Source: Chrysomallon squamiferum
Taxonomy: Eukaryota > Animalia > Mollusca
Reading direction: 5' to 3'
DNA: 64,000 nucleotides
Assembly: GCA_012295275.1 (NCBI GenBank)
Contig: CM022665.1
Span: 27,714,001-27,778,000, forward strand
Shown: one piece after another, positions 47,268 through 63,192 of the stretch
Position numbering within the stretch: the first letter of the stretch is position 1
How the letters are laid out: the number at the start of each line of letters is the position of its first letter
Position numbers and translations under genes: made by a program
The notes under the pieces: generated by a model
Seen by the model: only the letters and a program-made list of their open reading frames with translations
What the model was told of the DNA's origin: nothing
The model's database searches: none

Positions 47268-47421
47268 AACTACTATTATTACCACCACCCTCACCACCAC
47301 TAGTACTACTACAAATAATAATAATAACAATAATGATATTGGTAATGATAACTTTAATGGTAATAAGTCATCTAAAAACAGAAGATTGAGTTATTCGAAT
47401 ATTTTCTATTTTAGCTTCATC

Positions 47422-47517
47422 ATGAGGATGATTATTTTATTTCTGGGGTTGCTGCTTATTACAATCAATACCCGTTCTTCATATATCCGTAAGTTATTTC
47501 TTATATTATTTTATATT

Positions 47518-47553
<36 letters not shown>

Positions 47554-47965
47554 CTTCTTCTTCTTCTTATTGTGTCCTGTTATTATTTTATATTATTGTT
47601 ATTATTACTGTTGTTTTTACTGCTGTTGTTATTATAAGGTTTTTGTTGTTTTTGTTGTTGTTGTTGTTATTATCATTCCTGTTGCTGTTGTCGTCGTCGT
47701 TGTTGTTGTTTCACTTATGTTATAACAGTATTATCTAACAGTGACATTTGCTGCTATCACAGGTAACCGATGTCATATGAGAATAAACCAAGGGGTGTGT
47801 CCTATCGATGATCTCGACGACACCGCCGACTACCCCATCATCAGGTGGTTCTACGACGACGCCACTGACTCCTGCAAGAGACTCAAGTATTACGGATGTG
47901 GCGGCAACAGCAACAGATTCTCAACCAAAGCCGCGTGCGAGAGCATCTGCGTTACTGGAAGATAA
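47422..47965 (+). CDS. Secreted Kunitz protein K5, 89 aa
   Basis: Signal exon 47422-47488 MRMIILFLGLLLITINTRSSYI, gtaag donor. Exon 47763-47965 RNRCHMRINQGVCPIDDLDDTADYPIIRWFYDDATDSCKRLKYYGCGGNSNRFSTKAACESICVTGR*. AATAAA ~47975. Confidence 0.92.
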
Positions 47966-47995
47966 ACCTGCTGAAATAAAACAAATAAACAAAAA

Positions 47996-48058
47996 TTAGA
48001 TTAGATTAGATTAGATTAGATTAGATTAGATTAGATTAGATTAGATTAGATTAGATTA
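47996..48058. repeat. (TTAGA)n pentanucleotide microsatellite just 3' of K5
   Basis: About 12 perfect copies. Confidence 0.95.
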
Positions 48059-48824
48059 AATTAAATTAATTAATAAAAATGTAAATAAATGAAGACAAAT
48101 AAATAAATTAATAAATTTGTTGAAGTACGTAATTTCAGTGTTACTGAAACTTGTAAACTGATATATATATATATATATATTAGTATATAATTATATTCTA
48201 GCTCCGAGATAATAATTATTTATATCTTCTGTTGGAAGAAAAACAAATAATGGTAAAAATAACTATTTCTGCTTTGTTAATGTATATAAATTATGTTTTA
48301 ATCACTGTGTGATATAATTGGTAAATTAAAAAGATGTACATTTTATATTCAGGCTGTGAGATAATAACAGTATCTTTTTAGTACTGGGTGAAGCAACTTG
48401 CGTTGTTTGTAAGTTAAAAACAACAAAACAAAAAAAAAGAATAAAAAAAAAAAAAAAAAAAATGGGTATGAATTTAAAGGCTTTATATAAATCTTATAAA
48501 TTAAAATTAAAATTTATTTTTGGTTTTTATACAACGTTAAATAATTATACATATTCGAATTTTTGTGTGTTTATTTTTAGTGTGCTGGATGATAAAATGT
48601 ATAAATTATAAAACTTGAAAATTATAGTGTGTGTGTGTATGTGTGTGTATTTCATTTGTTAAAACATAGTGTGTTAATACGTTATGTATTTAATTAACTG
48701 GAATACCTAAATATTAAAAATTAGCTGTATTAACTTGTTTTATTTGTCTTTTTTACTTTTTCTTTCTCGGAAAAGCAATTAAGCTGTTTAATTAAGATAT
48801 TAAGTTCATAAGCTTCAGAACAAG

Positions 48825-48951
<127 letters not shown>

Positions 48952-49779
48952 GGAATGCAAACACTGATATAAGAATCAGTAAACACATAAACATCATATA
49001 TAAGAAACATACTTACATACATACACTGAAAGAAATACCAATGTTTTTGGCGGATTTGTTATGGTGCATTTACATTTTATTGTTTGTGCTTAGAACTCAG
49101 GTGCACTCCTCTTTTATATGTTTTTAGAAAGTTAAGGTATATTAGTCCAAGTTATTGTTTTTGTTTAAAATGATGCTAAATATAACGTGGTTAAATCCTT
49201 TACTAGAGCACATATTATTTTGTTTGATATTACGTAGATATTTCTTTAGACTGCTACGCATTTGCACTCTTTTCAAAAGTTACAAACAGTGCATTTACCA
49301 AGTTTTTAGCTAGTTCTGATATAACTACATGTTAATTTTAAAAAACATATTTTATCGCCATAGGATATAAATGAAGTTGAGTCCTCTGATTTCAGTAGTT
49401 TATGGAAAAATATTTAAAAAAATGTTTTTCATATTTTATGTAATTTTATGTTTATGTACATTTTGATATTAAAATGTTAACGACCTTATGTTAATTTGAA
49501 AAATTATCGCCTAATAACTTTCACCGTTATAAACTGATAAACTAGCTCTTTTTGTTTCAGCTGATCGCTGTTAAACTAAATTATAGAATCCTCTCAATAA
49601 TGTGTCAAGATTATTTTGTGTATGAAGTACCTGGAACTAAAATCACAAAACAATTTGCTATATCTAGCTGATTGCTAAGCTGCTTTTTAACTCACATTCA
49701 TGAATTTGTTCTTATAGCAACAAGCTTGTGAGTTGTTTGCTAAGTCTAGATTAGGACGGGTGTACCCGTACATCAGCAG

Positions 49780-51050
49780 CAATTTAATATATCATTTGCT
49801 TGTTGGACATCGGGTTATGAAGATGGCAGAAACATTACTATAGTGGTTTCTACAAGATAAAACAGATATAATTTGTTTAGATGGGACGCGTGTAAATAAT
49901 TTCCCCAGATGAATATGAAGTCGACTTTGTAAATAGAAAGGACTATAATTCAGTCTATCTTCAGGTTATATGGAAAGCTGAAAAACAATGCTGCAAAATG
50001 GCCCTGATAGTATAATAATAATGCGCTGAAGCAGTGTATTGGATATAATGGATACATTTGTAGATATATTTTAGGAGACAAGTGTTGTAGAAAAACGACG
50101 TAATTCAGGCCACAAATGCGTTGGCTGAGTAACGTATCGGACGACGAAAACAACAGTTTCATGTTTTCCACACTGAAAAGAGGATGAGAAATTGCGAATA
50201 CACGTGCAATGTGATTACAGCAACTGCAGTTCCATACAAATAAGCTTTTAATTGATGAAACTGAACCAGGTCAAGAATAACCAAATATTGAACAATACCA
50301 GGGCAAGATCACTGCTTATCATTTCAGTGACAGACTGGATTTAAAGTGTGATAGATTTGAAAACAACTTGCAAAATAACTGGAAGTAAACTAACATTTGT
50401 ATCATACAATAATAACGTTATTCAGTTAATCTGAAACTGAAAAATAATTTAATAATTTCATCATTTTCATTGACATTCTGTTCAGTTTAAAAAAAAATTC
50501 TTTTGACAGTTTCCGTTTGTCTTACTTCAGAAGAAAGTCTGTTTGCTTAAATAAATTAAAAGAAAATAATAATACAATAAAAAGAATAATAGTTTCATAT
50601 AGGTCGGTTCTTTTTGGTTATCCGGTGCGGGTGATTGAAGTTTCATCCCTTTGTAAACACTTGAAGCTTGGTGTATCTTCAAATATGAATGTTATTTCTT
50701 TGGTAAACATTACAGACACTTTGTGTTGGGTTTTCTATCCTTTTTTGTTTCCCAGTCTTTTTGTATTTCTTTTTTTACTTTTTTTGTTTCCTAGTCTTTT
50801 TGTATTCCTTTCTTTCCCTTTTGTGTGGTACGCACGTCTTTAAATTCAGAATATTTTTCTGGTTTTTTTTTGTATAACATTTATAACACTGTTCATTCTA
50901 ATTATAAACAGGCTTTTATAAGGCTTAAATATTAAAAATGCTATCTGACCACAGTGACGACCATATACTTGAAACTGATGAGTCGGTGCAACAGTCGATA
51001 TGTGTTTACACAATTTAACGTGTCTTACTCATGCACTGAATGCTTGTCAA
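49780..51050 (+). mobile_element. Degenerate PIF/Harbinger transposon relic
   Basis: Broken plus-strand frames at ~49860-50250 give HARBI1-like motifs in the correct order: ICLDGTRV, VDFVNRKDYNSVYLQVI, AAKWP, YILGD, FHVFHTEKRM, CNVITATAV. A Lys-rich convergent relic at ~50500-51000 may be the Myb/SANT partner ORF (weak). Boundaries approximate. Confidence 0.75.
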
Positions 51051-51285
51051 ACTACTTAGCTGTTAGCTATGGAGAAACCTCTTAACACACGTTTATGAAT
51101 TATATTTTAATTATTTTCTGTATAGCTTTAAACTAGAAATTGTTACGATTTACTAATCCACTAAATTAGAAACCTTTTATGAATTTTGGCACCGAGATAT
51201 GCATATATGCATAACGAAGGACAATAATAATTAGTATGAGGTGAAATATCATTTTACATTTTTATGCTAATTCCTGAAAATTGCT

Positions 51286-51374
51286 TGGCGACTTTCTGAT
51301 GACGTCATTATATTACGTCAAAGGAATTCCCGTCTTTGTTTACATTTTTTTCCTCTGTAATACTTGTTTTTATG
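51286..51374 (+). promoter_or_regulatory. Paired CRE promoter and non-coding exon 1 of K6
   Basis: GGCGACTTTC, TGACGTCA (51300-51307), TTACGTCA, kB-like GGAATTCCC, forkhead-like TGTTTAC; donor ATG|gtgagt at 51374. Confidence 0.68.
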
Positions 51375-51973
51375 GTGAGTAGTTTGCAAATGCAATACAT
51401 TTAAATATATTTAGCATTTTATTTGTACATCAGTTCTTTCAAGAAGTTATAATTTATATTCACCGATTAAGTCAACGTAATGTAAATTAAGAATATTTAA
51501 TAAATAATGTAGATTAAGAATACTGCGTATTGACATTTAATAAAGATCAAGAGAGCAAAAAATAAAATAAAATAATCTAAATAAATCACAGAGTGAAGGA
51601 CCATTAATAATAAGACGAAGACGAAGAAAAAGAAGAAGAAAGTTTTCTTGTCCAAGTCTGACAGAAACATCTTTTTCAAATGCGTTTTGTCATTACATAT
51701 CAAATATCCATGTATGTATATGTGGATGGGTAGGGGGCTAGTCAGGGGTGGGTTTGTAATGAAACAAATGGAGTTTAAGCTTCAGGGTGCTTAATCCCAG
51801 TGAGGCCTCAGAAGCGACTTTAGTCCATATTGCTTAAACTTTTAATAAAAATCTCAGATCTATCTAAATGTGTGTATGTGTGTGTGAGTGTGTTTGTGTG
51901 TGTGTGTCTATGCGTGCGTGCGTGCGTGTGTGTAATCTGGCCAATTTGACGTATTTTATATTTCAGAATCGTG

Positions 51974-52426
51974 ATGAGAATTTCACTAAAGTCTGTGCTA
52001 TTGATCTTTATTCCGATCGTTTCAGCTATAGTTTTTGTTGGTGAGTTAGGATTATTTTCCCACCATAATCACCTCCACAACAACAATAATCATGACGACG
52101 ATAATAATGATTATAATGATGATGTTGATGATTATGATGACAATAATAATGATAATGATAATGTTGTTGTTGTTGTTATTATAATATTTTTAATTAATTA
52201 ATTAATTAATTTATTTATTTTGAATACAGGAAACCGTTGTGACATGCCTATAAATCAGGGAATGTGTCCAAACTATCATAATTCTGATAAAACGTATCCG
52301 GTAATGAAATGGTTTTACGATGAGGTTACTCATACCTGTGAACGTCTCAAATACTACGGATGCGGTGGAAACGGTAACAGATTTCCCAGTGCAGATTTAT
52401 GTATTGAAATGTGTATAGATGATTAA
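51974..52426 (+). CDS. Secreted Kunitz protein K6, 87 aa
   Basis: Signal exon 51974-52040 MRISLKSVLLIFIPIVSAIVFV(G), gtgag donor. Exon 52230-52426 GNRCDMPINQGMCPNYHNSDKTYPVMKWFYDEVTHTCERLKYYGCGGNGNRFPSADLCIEMCIDD*. AATAAA ~52460. Confidence 0.92.
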
Positions 52427-53540
52427 GAATCTGCAACAAAAACCCGGTTAAAACATTTTAATAAAAATGCAATATAATACGTGAAACAGAATATTGTTTT
52501 TTCTTTCTTTGCAGTAGCATACATTATTTTTACAGATGTAAAAGACAAAACTCGTGTTCTTGCAAAAGAGAAAGAAAGATAAATACACAAACGTCCTGTC
52601 TCTTTCTCTTTGTTTATCTCTCTGAATCTCTATCTATCTATCCATTTATATGTCTATCTATCTGACTGTCTGTCTGACAATTTATCTGTCTATTTATCTT
52701 TGTCTCTCTGTCAGTTTTTCTGTCTGTCTGTCTATCTGACTGTCTGTTTCGCTGTCTGTCTATCTCTCTGTCTATCTCTTTATCTATCTATCTTTCTGTC
52801 TGTCTAGGTTCTCTGTCTGTGTATCTATCTTTCTATCCTTCTATCTCTTTATTTCTATGTCTGTCTAGCTATCTCTCTATCTGTTCATGTATCTGTAACA
52901 CCTACATCGAACGATACAGTAAAGAAATTTGTAATTTATTAGCAATTAGATACCTTTTATCACCACCTTCTGTACATCTCTTATCAGCCCCATCACTCCG
53001 CTATTCTTTTCTCTTGCCCCATTCCCTTTCAACTATTGTGCATGAATCAACTATGTATTCATCGTATTTTTTTTTATTATGCATCGAAAAGGCATCCACA
53101 AGGTAGCTTTCACGCTTTTCAGTTTGGAAACAGTTTATTAAAACATTGATTGATAACGTTTATAGGTATCAAAATCTGACTACTTTTGCTGCTGCTGTTG
53201 CTGCTGCTATTCATAGTATAGAACACCTCCACTATTACTGCTACTTCTACAACCACTGCAACGGTTATTGTTAATATTAGTAATGTAATAGTAATAGTAA
53301 TAGTAGAAACAACGATAGTTGTTGCAGTAGCAGTAGCAGCAATAATGGCATTAATAACAGAATTTGCCGTCGTACAAATGTATTAATTTAAAAGCAAATA
53401 AAGTTATTTATTTTAAAATACGACAACTATAATAATCATTAATTCGTGGGAAATCAAAATAGTATTCCTCTAGCAAAATATAGATAAAATTAAATTTTTA
53501 ATCAGAAATTGAACATTCTTTCGGTTCCATGAAACTTCCT

Positions 53541-53620
53541 GGCGACTTTCTACTGACGTCATCAACACGTCACAGAAAATCGTGCATTTGTTTACATCTT
53601 TCCTTCATTATTATTTTAAG
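53541..53620 (+). promoter_or_regulatory. Paired CRE promoter and non-coding exon 1 of K7 (copies at ~57176-57255 and ~61005-61084)
   Basis: GGCGACTTTC, TGACGTCA (53554-53561)-N4-CACGTCA, TGTTTAC; donor AAG|gtgagt. Confidence 0.68.
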
Positions 53621-53983
53621 GTGAGTGTTTTGTTATGTATAATAAATGTAATTTTAATTAATTTTTTTATTAAAAAAAACATTTGACATTTTTCTTTTAT
53701 TTCTATCTCTAAAATGGAAGTTACCACTATGTTCAGACAAATTATATATATATAAAATTTAAAAAAAACCTCAATGATGACGACGATGACAATGATGGCG
53801 ATGATGATGATGATGATGAATTATTCTTGGTAAAGATAGTACAATTATATAAAGTTAAAACATTAGAACGTATCTTTTCTTTTAAAATGTATTTAAAAAA
53901 AAATAATTAAAAATAATTATACAATAATGTATATGATATGAACTTATTTTTTGATATATTAAAACTGCAGATTAAAGACGAAA

Positions 53984-54581
53984 ATGCAAGTAACAATTCT
54001 TCTTTTCATCTGTGTTCCTGTATTTTCCCGTAAGTTAATGTGAATTCATTCATACAAGTACATACAAACATAGGCACACACATAAACACCACAGTATCTT
54101 CTCTCAGACACATACATTTAGTTATAACACCTGTACATCCATCTACACACACGTATATAAAATAAAATATTCGTTGGTATTCGCGTTCTCCTTGAACCTG
54201 AAAAACATTAACGTGCTAATCAGAGCAAGCTGTTGTGAAGCACTATTCTGCACATCCATCCATCCTTAGATAAAGATACAATAAAGATCAGTGTGTGTAT
54301 TTTGTATAAATGAGTTTCACAATTATTTACAAGCATACAAGTATGAGAAATGCAGTAATGTAACGCAGACAGTAATTCAGTTATTCTGATCATACGATAT
54401 CCGTTTTTTAAATGAATTACTTGCAAAAAGTTTCGCCTTTAAAAATTAAATTAATAAATCAATAATAAGAAGAAGATGAAGAAGAAGAAGAAGATAAAGA
54501 AGAAGAAGAAGAATGATAATCACAGAAATAATAACAACAACACACAAACACACTCAGTCACACAAACTATATGTGTATCTT

Positions 54582-54667
<86 letters not shown>

Positions 54668-54688
54668 GCTCTCGCTCTCTCTCTCTCC

Positions 54689-54768
<80 letters not shown>

Positions 54769-55086
54769 TGCTCTCTCTCTGGCTTTAGAATTATCTCTCG
54801 ACGTCCCTCTTTCACACACACACCACCAACCCAGCCCGTGCACACACACAGATACCCATTTAAAATAATAATTATATATATACATATAGGTTTTGAATGT
54901 GAAATGCCTATACACCAAGGCATGTGTCCAGATTATTATAATCCTGATGAACAGTATCCCATGATGAAATGGTTTTATGAGGCGGCCAGTGATTCGTGTC
55001 AACGTATGGAATATTATGGATGTGGAGGCAACGACAACAGATTTCACACCGAAGAGGCGTGTGTTGAACAGTGTGTAGAAACGTAG
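53984..55086 (+). CDS. Secreted acidic Kunitz protein K7 (tandem copy 1), 80 aa
   Basis: Signal exon 53984-54029 MQVTILLFICVPVFS, gtaag donor. Exon 54890-55086 RFECEMPIHQGMCPDYYNPDEQYPMMKWFYEAASDSCQRMEYYGCGGNDNRFHTEEACVEQCVET*. AATAAA ~55104. Confidence 0.88.
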
Positions 55087-55395
55087 TCGTCAGTTACAAC
55101 GAGAATAAATCAGTCTGTTAAAACATGTTGAATAGTCAAGCGAATTAAAACATGTCTGTTTTTGTTTTGTTTTGTTGGGGTTTTTGTTAGGGTTTTTTTT
55201 TTGGGAGGGGGAGGGAGTTTGTGTGTGGTTTTTATTTTATTTTATTTTTGCTGTGATTGTGTATTTATTTATTTATTTTTAAACTAAAGATATAATAATA
55301 TTTATTTATTACTATTATTATTATTATTTTTTTTTTTTTTTTTTTTAAAACGTTTACACTGCTTTAGTTTCAATAATGGACTGACAGAGAAAAAT

Positions 55396-55471
<76 letters not shown>

Positions 55472-55485
55472 AAAATATTACTACC

Positions 55486-55561
55486 TGACGATTATCTAAT
55501 GACGTCACTAAGCACGTCATAGAAACTCGAATGTTTATTTCATCTTCATTAGTATTTAAAG
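55486..55561 (+). promoter_or_regulatory. Paired CRE promoter and non-coding exon of the orphan leader (copies at ~59335-59410 and ~63207-63282)
   Basis: TGACGTCA (55500-55507)-N5-CACGTCA; donor AAG|gtaagt. Confidence 0.65.
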
Positions 55562-56255
55562 GTAAGTTTGTTTATTTTTGTTTTGTTTTTAATCCTAGAG
55601 GCATATAGTGTTATCTGTTTGTTAAATTATAATTTATATATATATAATAATAATTATTATTATTATTGTTTCCTTTTTTTTTTTTTTTTTTATTAATTCA
55701 ACATCTTACAGATATTTTAAATGCGTTGTGACATCAAATAAAACATATTCCGAGGTTCCGCTTTAAAATTTAACATAATGATCATGTACTAGAGCGGTGA
55801 AGGGTCAAGAATGAAGATATATTAACAGCTATAACACAAATACAATGTGTTTTTTTACTTTATTGTGAGACAAATCTGTCCCCTGGGTTTGTCGGAAATC
55901 ATGAGACGCAGCGGTTTTTGACATCAGCATGCTCTGATTAGCATGTCTTTTCAGTCATATGTTCACTTTTGTTTATTTTTTATTTACTTTCTATAATATA
56001 TAATATATTGTTTTCACTCACCCATTCATTTTTTTTGTACTTATATATAAATAGCATATATATAAGTACAAAAAAATGAATGGGTGAGTGAAAAAAGTGA
56101 AAAAAATGTGTATGTGTGGGTGTAAGAAAAGAAAAAAAAAAGAAAAAAGGGAATGTGTGAATATATATATATATAAGGAATCGTTGCATAGGTTATAATG
56201 TCAGAATCAATCCTTACCTTTGCATTTTGTTAAGCAATTTTATTTATTTATACAT

Positions 56256-56306
<51 letters not shown>

Positions 56307-56327
56307 CTTACTTACTGCAGATTCAAG

Positions 56328-56379
56328 ATGGGAATACTAGGAATAGTTCTCTTTTTCATGTATGTTCCAGTATTTTCTC
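56328..56379 (+). other. Orphan signal-peptide exon (MGILGIVLFFMYVPVFS, phase 1) with no Kunitz exon of its own
   Basis: Acceptor ctgcag|ATTCAAGATG and donor C|gttagt; paralogous to the K7 signal exon (shared VPVFS end). Preceded by its own CRE promoter and non-coding exon at ~55486-55561. Confidence 0.75.
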
Positions 56380-57630
56380 GTTAGTATATATTCTTTATTT
56401 AAGGCTCATGAACGCACACACACAGACACACATATTGCAGTATGTCTGTGTATCTATCTTTCTATCCTTCTATCTCTTTATTTCTATGTCTGTCTAGCTA
56501 TCTCTCTATCTGTTCATGTATCTGTAACACCTCCATCGAACGATACAGTAAAGAAATTTGTAATTTATTAGCAATTAGATACCTTTTATCACCACCTTCT
56601 GTGCATCTCTTATCAGCCCCATCACTCCGCTATTCTTCTCTCTTGCCCCATTCCCTTTCAACTATTGTGCATGAATCAACTATGTATTCATCGTATTTTT
56701 TTTTATTATGCGTCGAAAAGGCATCCACAAGGTAGCTTTCACGCTTTTCAGTTTGGAAACGGTTTATTAAAACATTGATTGATAACGTTTATAGGTAACA
56801 AAATCTGACTACTTTTGCTGCTGCTGTTGCTGCTACTATTCATAGTATAGAACACCTCCACTATTACTGCTACTTCTACAACCACTGCAACGGTTATTGT
56901 TAATATTAGTAATGTAATAGTAATAGTAATAGTAATAGTAGAAACAACGATAGTTGTTGCAGTAGCAGTAGCAGCAATAATGGCATTAATATCAGAATTT
57001 GCCGTCGTACAAATGTATTAATTTAAAAGCAAATAAAGTTATTTATTTTAAAATACGACGACTATAATAATCATTAATTCGTGGGAAATCAAAATAGTAT
57101 TCCTCTAGCAAAATATAGATAAAATTAAATTTTTAATCAGAAATTGAACATTCTTTCGGTTCCATGAAACTTCCTGGCAACTTTCTAGTGACGTCATCAA
57201 CACGTCACAGAAAATCGTGCATTTGTTTACATCTTTCCTTCATTATTATTTTAAGGTGAGTGTTTTGTTATGTATAATAAATGTAATTTTTATAATTATT
57301 TTTTTTATTGAAAAAACATTCAACATTTTTCTTTTATTTCTATCTCTAAAATGGAAGTTACCACTATATTCAGACAAATTATATATATATATATAAAATT
57401 AAAACAAAAACTCAGTTGTGAAGACCAAGCACACAAAATGAAGTAACAATGTAAAATACACTTAACGATGATGATGAATTATTCTTGGTAAAGATAGTAA
57501 CAATTATATAAAGTTAAAACATTAGAACGTATCTTTTCTTTTAAAATGTATTTTAAAAAATAATTATACAATAATGTATATGATATGAACTGATTTTTTG
57601 ATATATTAAAACTGCAGATTAAAGAGGAAA

Positions 57631-58961
<1,331 letters not shown>

Positions 58962-59270
58962 TCGTCAGTTACAACGAGAATAAATCAGTCTGTTAAAACA
59001 TGTTGAATAGTCAAGCGAATTAAAACATGTCTGTTTTTGTTTTGTTTTGTTGGGGTTTTTGTTAGGGTTTTTTTTTGGGAGGGGGAGGGAGTTTGTGTGT
59101 GGTTTTTATTTTATTTTATTTTTGCTGTGATTGTGTATTTATTTATTTATTTTTAAACTAAAGATATAATAATATTTCTTTATTACTATTATTATTATTA
59201 ATTTTTTTTTTTTTTTTTTTGAAAACGTTTACACTGCTTTAGTTTCAATAATGGACTGACAGAGAAAAAT

Positions 59271-59320
<50 letters not shown>

Positions 59321-60103
59321 AAAATATTACTACCTGACGATTATCTAATGACGTCACTAAGCACGTCATAGAAACTCGAATGTTTATTTCATCTTCATTA
59401 GTATTTAAAGGTAAGTTTGTTTATTTTTGTTTGTTTTTTAATCCTAGAGGCATATAGTGTTATCTGTTTGTTAAATTATAATTTATATATATATAATAAT
59501 AATTATTATTATTATTGTTTCCTTTTTTTTTTTTTTTTTTTTATTAATTCAACATCTTACAGATATTTTAAATGCGTTGTGACATCAAATAAAACATATT
59601 CCGAGGTTCCGCTTTAAAATTTAACATAATGATCATGTACTAGAGCGGTGAAGGGTCAAGAATGAAGATATATTAACAGCTATAACACAAATACAATGTG
59701 TTTTTTTACTTTATTGTGAGACAAATCTGCCCCCTGGGTTTGTCGGAAATCATGAGACGCAGCGGTTTTTGACATCAGCATGCTCTGATTAGCACGTTTT
59801 TCAGTCATATGTTCACTTTTGTTTATTTTTTATTTACTTTCTATAATATATATAATATATTTTTTTCACTCACCCATTCATTTTTTTGTACTTATATATA
59901 AATAGCATATATATAAGTACAAAAAAATGAATGGGTGAGTGAAAAAAGTGAAAAACTATGTATGTGTGGGTGTAAGAAAAAAAAAAAAAAAAAAAAGGGA
60001 ATGTGTGAATATATATATATATAAGGAATCGTTGCATAGGTTATAATGTCAGAATCAATCCTTACCTTTGCATTTTGTTAAGCAATTTTATTTATTTATA
60101 CAT

Positions 60104-60134
<31 letters not shown>

Positions 60135-60155
60135 CTTACTTACTGCAGATTCAAG

Positions 60156-60207
60156 ATGGGAATACTAGGAATAGTTCTCTTTTTCATGTATGTTCCAGTA
60201 TTTTCTC
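60156..60207 (+). other. Orphan signal-peptide exon, second copy
   Basis: Same sequence as 56328-56379, same position in the repeat unit. Confidence 0.75.
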
Positions 60208-61481
60208 GTTAGTATATATTCTTTATTTAAGGCTCATGAACGCACACACACAGACACACATATTGCAGTATGTCTGTGTATCTATCTTTCTATCCTTCTA
60301 TCTCTTTATTTCTATGTCTGTCTAGCTATCTCTCTATCTGTTCATGTATCTGTAACACCTACATCGAACGATACAGTAAAGAAATTTGTAATTTATTAGC
60401 AATTAGATACCTTTTATCACCACCTTCTGTGCATCTCTTATCAGCCCCATCACTCCGCTATTCTTCTCTCTTGCCCCATTCCCTTTCAACTATTGTGCAT
60501 GAATCAACTATGTATTCATCGTATTTTTTTTTATTATGCGTCGAAAAGGCATCCACAAGGTAGCTTTCACGCTTTTCAGTTTGGAAACGGTTTATTAAAA
60601 CATTGATTGATAACGTTTATAGGTAACAAAATCTGACTACTTTTGCTGTTGCTGTTGCTGCTGCTATTCATAGTATAGAACACCTCCACTATTACTGCTA
60701 CTTCTACAACCACTGCAACGGTTATTGTTAATATTAGTAATGTAATAGTAATAGTAATAGTAATAGTAGAAACAACGATAGTTGTTGCAGTAGCAGTAGC
60801 AGCAATAATGGCATTAATATCAGAATTTGCCGTCGTACAAATGTATTAATTTAAAAGCAAATAAAGTTCTTTATTTTAAAATACGACAACTATAATAATC
60901 ATTAATTCGTGGGAAATCAAAATATTACTCCTGTAGCAAAATATAGATATAAATTAAATTTTTAATCAGAAATTGAACATTCTTTCGGTTCCATGAAACT
61001 TCCTGGCAACTTTCTAGTGACGTCATCAACACGTCACAGAAAATCGTGCATTTGTTTACATCTTTCCTTCATTATTATTTTAAGGTGAGTGTTTTGTTAT
61101 GTATAATAAATGTAATTTTTATAATTATTTTTTTTATTAAAAAAACATTCAACATTTTTCTTTTATTTCTATCTCTAAAATGGAAGTTACCACTATATTC
61201 AGACAAATTATATATATATATATATATAAAATTAAAACAAAAACTCAGTTGTGAAGACCAAGCACACAAAATGAAGTAACAATGTAAAATACACTTAATG
61301 ATGACGACGATGACAATGATGATGATGAATTATTCTTGGTAAAGATAGTAACAATTATATAAAGTTAAAACATTAGAACGTATCTTTTCTTTTAAAATGT
61401 ATTTTAAAAAATAATTATACAATAATGTATATGATATGAACTGATTTTTTGATATATTAAAACTGCAGATTAAAGAGGAAA

Positions 61482-62809
<1,328 letters not shown>

Positions 62810-63124
62810 TCATCAGTTACAACGAGAATAAATCAGTCTGTTAAAACATGTTGAATAGTCAAGCGAATTAAAACATGTCTGTTTTTGTTTTGTTTTGTTG
62901 GGGTTGTTGTTAGGGGTTTTTTTTTGGGAGGGGGAGGGAGTTTGTGTGTGGTTTTTATTTTATTTTATTTTTGCTGTGATTGTGTATTTATTTATTTATT
63001 TATTTTTAAACTAAAGATATAATAATATTTCTTTATTACTATTATTATTATTAATTTTTTTTTTTTTTTTTTTTGAAAACGTTTACACTGCTTTAGTTTC
63101 AATAATGGACTGACAGAGAAAAAT

Positions 63125-63192
<68 letters not shown>

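Noticed and set aside
47996-48058. (TTAGA)n resembling a telomeric repeat
   Set aside because: Not TTAGG or TTAGGG, short and internal; an ordinary microsatellite.
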